From positions 2,213,151 to 2,277,150 of the forward strand of contig CAJINV010000007.1 of assembly GCA_905178155.1 (NCBI GenBank): a stretch of DNA of 64,000 nt. The letters run 5' to 3'. Position numbers and translations under genes: made by a program. The notes under the pieces were generated by a model that saw nothing but the letters and a program-made list of their open reading frames with translations, was not told the origin of the DNA and did no database searches. How positions within the stretch are numbered: the stretch's first letter is position 1; every line of letters begins with the position of its first letter. Positions 60,101 to 64,000 of the stretch are shown here, piece by piece. This DNA is from Amoebophrya sp. A120 (taxonomy: Eukaryota; Protista; Dinoflagellata).

Positions 60101-63100
60101 AATTTTCGGGAATTTTCGGTCGTATTCGAACTCATCGGCATCTTCGGAATCAGATGCGGTCAGATCGTTTTCGGAGAGCGTGTAGTACATGTACTTGCTG
60201 GGTTTTGGTTGTCGTTCTCGTCGTCCAGGATCATTTTTATTTTCATCGCTGGCCTTCTCCTTTTTCTTTTCGTCTCTTGTTCCAGTCTTCTTGTCAGGAT
60301 CGGCGTCGGAACGCTCGTCTGAAGAAGCACTAGAGCAGCTGTCGGAAAAATCTTCTGAATCTGATCCACTGCTGTCGTCTGAAGAATAGTCCTCCTGCTC
60401 GCGGCTATCCTGGCTATCGTGGTCGTACAAGGATCCCTCGTCTGATAAATCTGTATCATCCGGATCGGGTCTGCTGTAGCCCTCCCGTCGGTCCAACCAC
60501 TTCTCTTCCTTGCACGAATACAGTTTAACATCTTCCTTCCTGCCCTCGTAATCGCGTGCGGGTTTGGAGCCCTCCAAAGGCGCGGGCGGAAGCTTCTCGT
60601 ATTGAAGTTGGACCACCTTCAAAAGCTCCGGGTCTTCTATTTTTGCTATTGCGGCCCGTTGTTTTTCGGTCAAGTCCTTGCGGTTCTTTCTCACGATGTT
60701 TCCTTCGTCATCCACAACAGAGACCTGGTCATCCTCATCGTTGTCGTTATTTCTACGAACTACACTCCTGCCACCCAGGGGGGAGTCAGAATCTGACTCC
60801 GAAGACGAGGACATCGAATCGTCGTCCGAGCTGCTACTACTAGTAGAGCCAAAATCTTCTCGATCCTCCGAGTCTTCGTCGAGAATACTGTCCCCGGACA
60901 CGTAGTCCGAATCGTAGTCCAGACCGTGTTTTAACGCGACTTTTTTCCGCACGTTGATCTCTTTCAGCTTCCCGTTTTTCAGAATTCGATACGATTTATT
61001 CCGCAAATTTTCCGTGAAGTACATCTGTTCCTCTTGATACCTCTGTCTGCAGTACCGGTCGATGTCCTTCCACACGTACTCCTCCTCGACCCACTTCCGA
61101 TACGCGGCATGTTGCTCCGGCGTGATTTTGTGCCGCGGTTGCGACAGAATCACCGTGACCTCCTTGTAGCACTTCAGCATCTTCTGGTAGCGGTTGTAGT
61201 CCGCGTCTGTGTAGGTGGGATTCGTCTTCCGGTTCTCGTAAAACTCGTTCAACCACGGCTCCAGGCAAATCGCGCAGTTCGTGCAGGCCTCCTGAATCAC
61301 GTCCGTTCCTAACATGGAGGTAAGTAGCTTCTCGAAATCGTGGGCAAGCGCGGGATCATCGGCAACCATTCTGTATGTCGTTGACGAATGAATAAGTTTG
61401 AATTTCATCATCTACGAAGAAGTGCTCCTGCGCATCACGATCAGAAAATTTTTGAACTTGAATAAACTGAAACTGATGATGGAGAAAGTTATCGATGCAT
61501 GATAGATTCGTACTCATTTTCGAATTTCATTGCATGCGGCTCCCAAGAGGAACCTCCAACTCGTACAACTAGCAAAACAAATTTTATAGTACTCCTGCAG
61601 GTCATCCAGGGTTTTGTCGTAGACATTTTTGTTGAAGGCCTTTTGTGCCGCGGTGATGCCGAGTCTGTCTTTCCCGTGCCTTCTCGGATCTTCCAAATGA
61701 ACCTTCGAGAGCGGCCCGCCCCTAGGCTGTTTTCCTTTTGCTCCACTAGCTGTACCGAGTGGGCCCTTCTTCTTCCCGTGGTCTTTATTTCCCTTACCGG
61801 AACCAACAGTGCCTACTTTGGATGCTGAAGATGTGCTGCTGCTTGTTCCTGCTTGTCCGGTTTTATTAACAGCTGGCGAGTTGTCGTTCTCTGCAGAGTC
61901 GTAGTCGACCATCAAGCCATCTTGCTTGTTGTCCTGCTCCTGCTGCTGCAGCACTGTTGTACCATTTTGCGCTGCTGTGTAACCTTTTGCAGTAGCCCCT
62001 ACTTTTTCAGCCGAAGCTTTCCCTTTTCCCTTCGACAGGGGACCAGGAACGGTGGCCAGTCGCTGGACCGCTTTCTGCATGTTCTGCTTGATTTTCCAAT
62101 TGGCGAGTTCGTTCTCCGGATCTTTGTCTCTTTCCAGCCTCTCGAGCGCTTGTGCCTTCAACGCAGCCAGCTCCTCCGGGGAGAGCAAGGCCTTTTGCTC
62201 TTCTTCGGACAGTCGCGGCTTTCCCTTCTTCTCGCCCTTCTTGCCGTTCCCTTTGTCAAAAAGGACGCCATCGTCCTCGCCGGGATGAAACACACCTTTG
62301 CCTTTGATGCCCTTTACATCAAACATTGCGTCTTCCTCTTCGTCTTCCGACTCGGAGTCCATGGGACCTCTCCCAGATGAGCCTTTTTCGAAAGAATCAG
62401 CGAAGTCTTTTCCCTTGGGCCCACCTTTTCCAGGGCCTAAAAAGAAGTCCTTACCTGATTTATTTCCAAAGAACAAGTCCTTGCCTTTCTTTCCTTTTGC
62501 TTTTTTACAACTACCTTTCATCAGTAGCAGCTCCTCGTGGGTTGGTGGTGGAGGACGTGCGTATTCCTCGAGCAAAGCGTCGAAAGCTGGTTTTGCAGGG
62601 CGAGGCTCGGGATCTACAGCTTCAGAAGGTCGTGCGGCGCTGGCTGCGTCTTTCATCTCGACGTCAACATCTTCTGTACCGACAGCATTGCTAGGCGCGC
62701 TTAAGGCTTCTCCTGATTCACCAGTTGCAGCAGGTGGCGTAGTGCCGGAAGCAGGTGGAAGTGAAGCGACAGCCACAGCAGCAGGCTTTGAAGAAGAAGA
62801 GGATGAGGAGCCAGCAGAAGCCGTCACTGAAGCTGGAGGTGCGGCTGATGCTGTCCCTCCTTCTGCTCCTACTCCTGCTTCTCCTCGTGGCGCAGAAGTT
62901 GCAATTTTCTCCGCGCTCAGTTTCCTTGCCTTGTTCCCACCACCAGCCGCGTTGTTCAGAAATCCCTTTTTGACGGCGGGGTCCTTCTTCGCCGACGTGT
63001 TGAAGAAGCCCTTTTTCACAGCGGGCTGCGATGATTGTGGCTTCTGCTCTTGCAACTTGTCTCCAGTAGCAGTAGCACCCGCAGCTGCTGAACCACTTGG

Positions 63101-64000
63101 GGAAACACCACCTGGTGGCAGCACGTTCGATGACGTCTTCGGTTGTAAGCTCTGCTCCACCACTCCGAGAATGTCCTCAGTGTTCATCTTTCCGACGTCT
63201 TCCTTTTTCACTTTTGGCTTCGGCTTCGCTTGCTGGGCGGCGGGCTTGGCAGCTTTTGCACTTTTTGACGAACTACTTGAGGATTTGTTGTTGTTTCCCC
63301 CGCCTCCATTAAGGTTCAACACACTGTCGAATTGCTCCATCATTTCCTTGAAAAGCGGGTCCTGATAGAAAAAAATAGATCGCACATGATGTGGTTAAAG
63401 TTCTTGTGTACTTTTTGCTTCACAAATGCCAATATGCCCCGACGCAAGACAAGTTCCGCATTCATCTTAATATGACGATTCACAGAAGTAAGTTTTTAGT
63501 TTTACGTATTTATACCTGCATGATTTCTGTCATTTCCTGCATGCCTTCCATCTCATTCATTTCCCCACCTTGCACCTGCTTCATCCAATTCGAGAAATCT
63601 GACATCAGATCTGCGTCCCCAAGCGTTTCCTGGATCGTTTTCTCGAAATCGTTAACATCCTGTGACTTCGACGTCGCGCTACTCTGCTTGCTCTGGTCCT
63701 CGGCGGCCTTCGGCTTCTTGGCTGCTGGAGCGGCTCCTTCCCCCGTGGAAGCAGAAGCGGCTGCTTTTGCACCAGCTGCAGTGCCTGCACTGGACAACGT
63801 GGAACAGGAGGCATCAGTAGTAGGCGCAGCTTTAATACTGCTCTGGGGACCTCCTGTTTGCGCAGGCTCTACAGTGATCGTCTTCGGGTCCTCAGCAACA
63901 TCAGGACCTCCCTGAGGAGCTGCACCAGCATCGAAGTTTTTCCTGACCGGCGTCGGCCCAAGATGCCAATCTCCCTTCAGTGCCGGGTCGACTTCGAGTA
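57119..64000 (-). CDS. Very large acidic/lysine-rich hypothetical protein (5' end outside window; possibly two genes)
   Basis: Open frames at >64000-63515, 63363-~61555 and ~61370-57119. Clear GT-AG intron ~63362-63515 (EIMQ|DPLFK); the second junction is plausible but unconfirmed. No domain recognised. Confidence 0.6.

Overview
Eukaryotic genomic DNA, most likely from the parasitic dinoflagellate Amoebophrya (Syndiniales); this assignment is inferred from intron architecture, gene content and gene orientation. All ~13 credible genes lie on the minus strand: NCS/EF-hand-PIP5K, secreted FkbM methyltransferase, two F-box paralogs, TYW3-TYW2 fusion, SFT2/Got1, 2xRRM SR protein, U-box protein, helical-repeat (HPR/OPR-like) protein and several large low-complexity orphans. 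The main signal is a population of MITE-like introners inside coding sequence. Eight are clear and two are decayed; they are 113-535 bp, start TAT, end ATA and have terminal inverted repeats (TIRs). The eight clear elements have exact 5-bp target-site duplications (TSDs). Removing element plus one TSD copy rejoins the host reading frame in all ten cases (manual translation), mostly without GT-AG, while ordinary GT-AG introns occur in the same region. Unrelated TIR families share a TTGT(C/A/G)ATGC motif about 30-50 nt from the ends. A second phenomenon is foreign DNA captured between long direct repeats: two 3'-truncated inserts stacked at one site in an F-box gene (one an RTE-like APE endonuclease with a dinoflagellate spliced-leader fragment upstream of its ATG), and a cargo inside one introner. 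Splicing is inferred, not observed.
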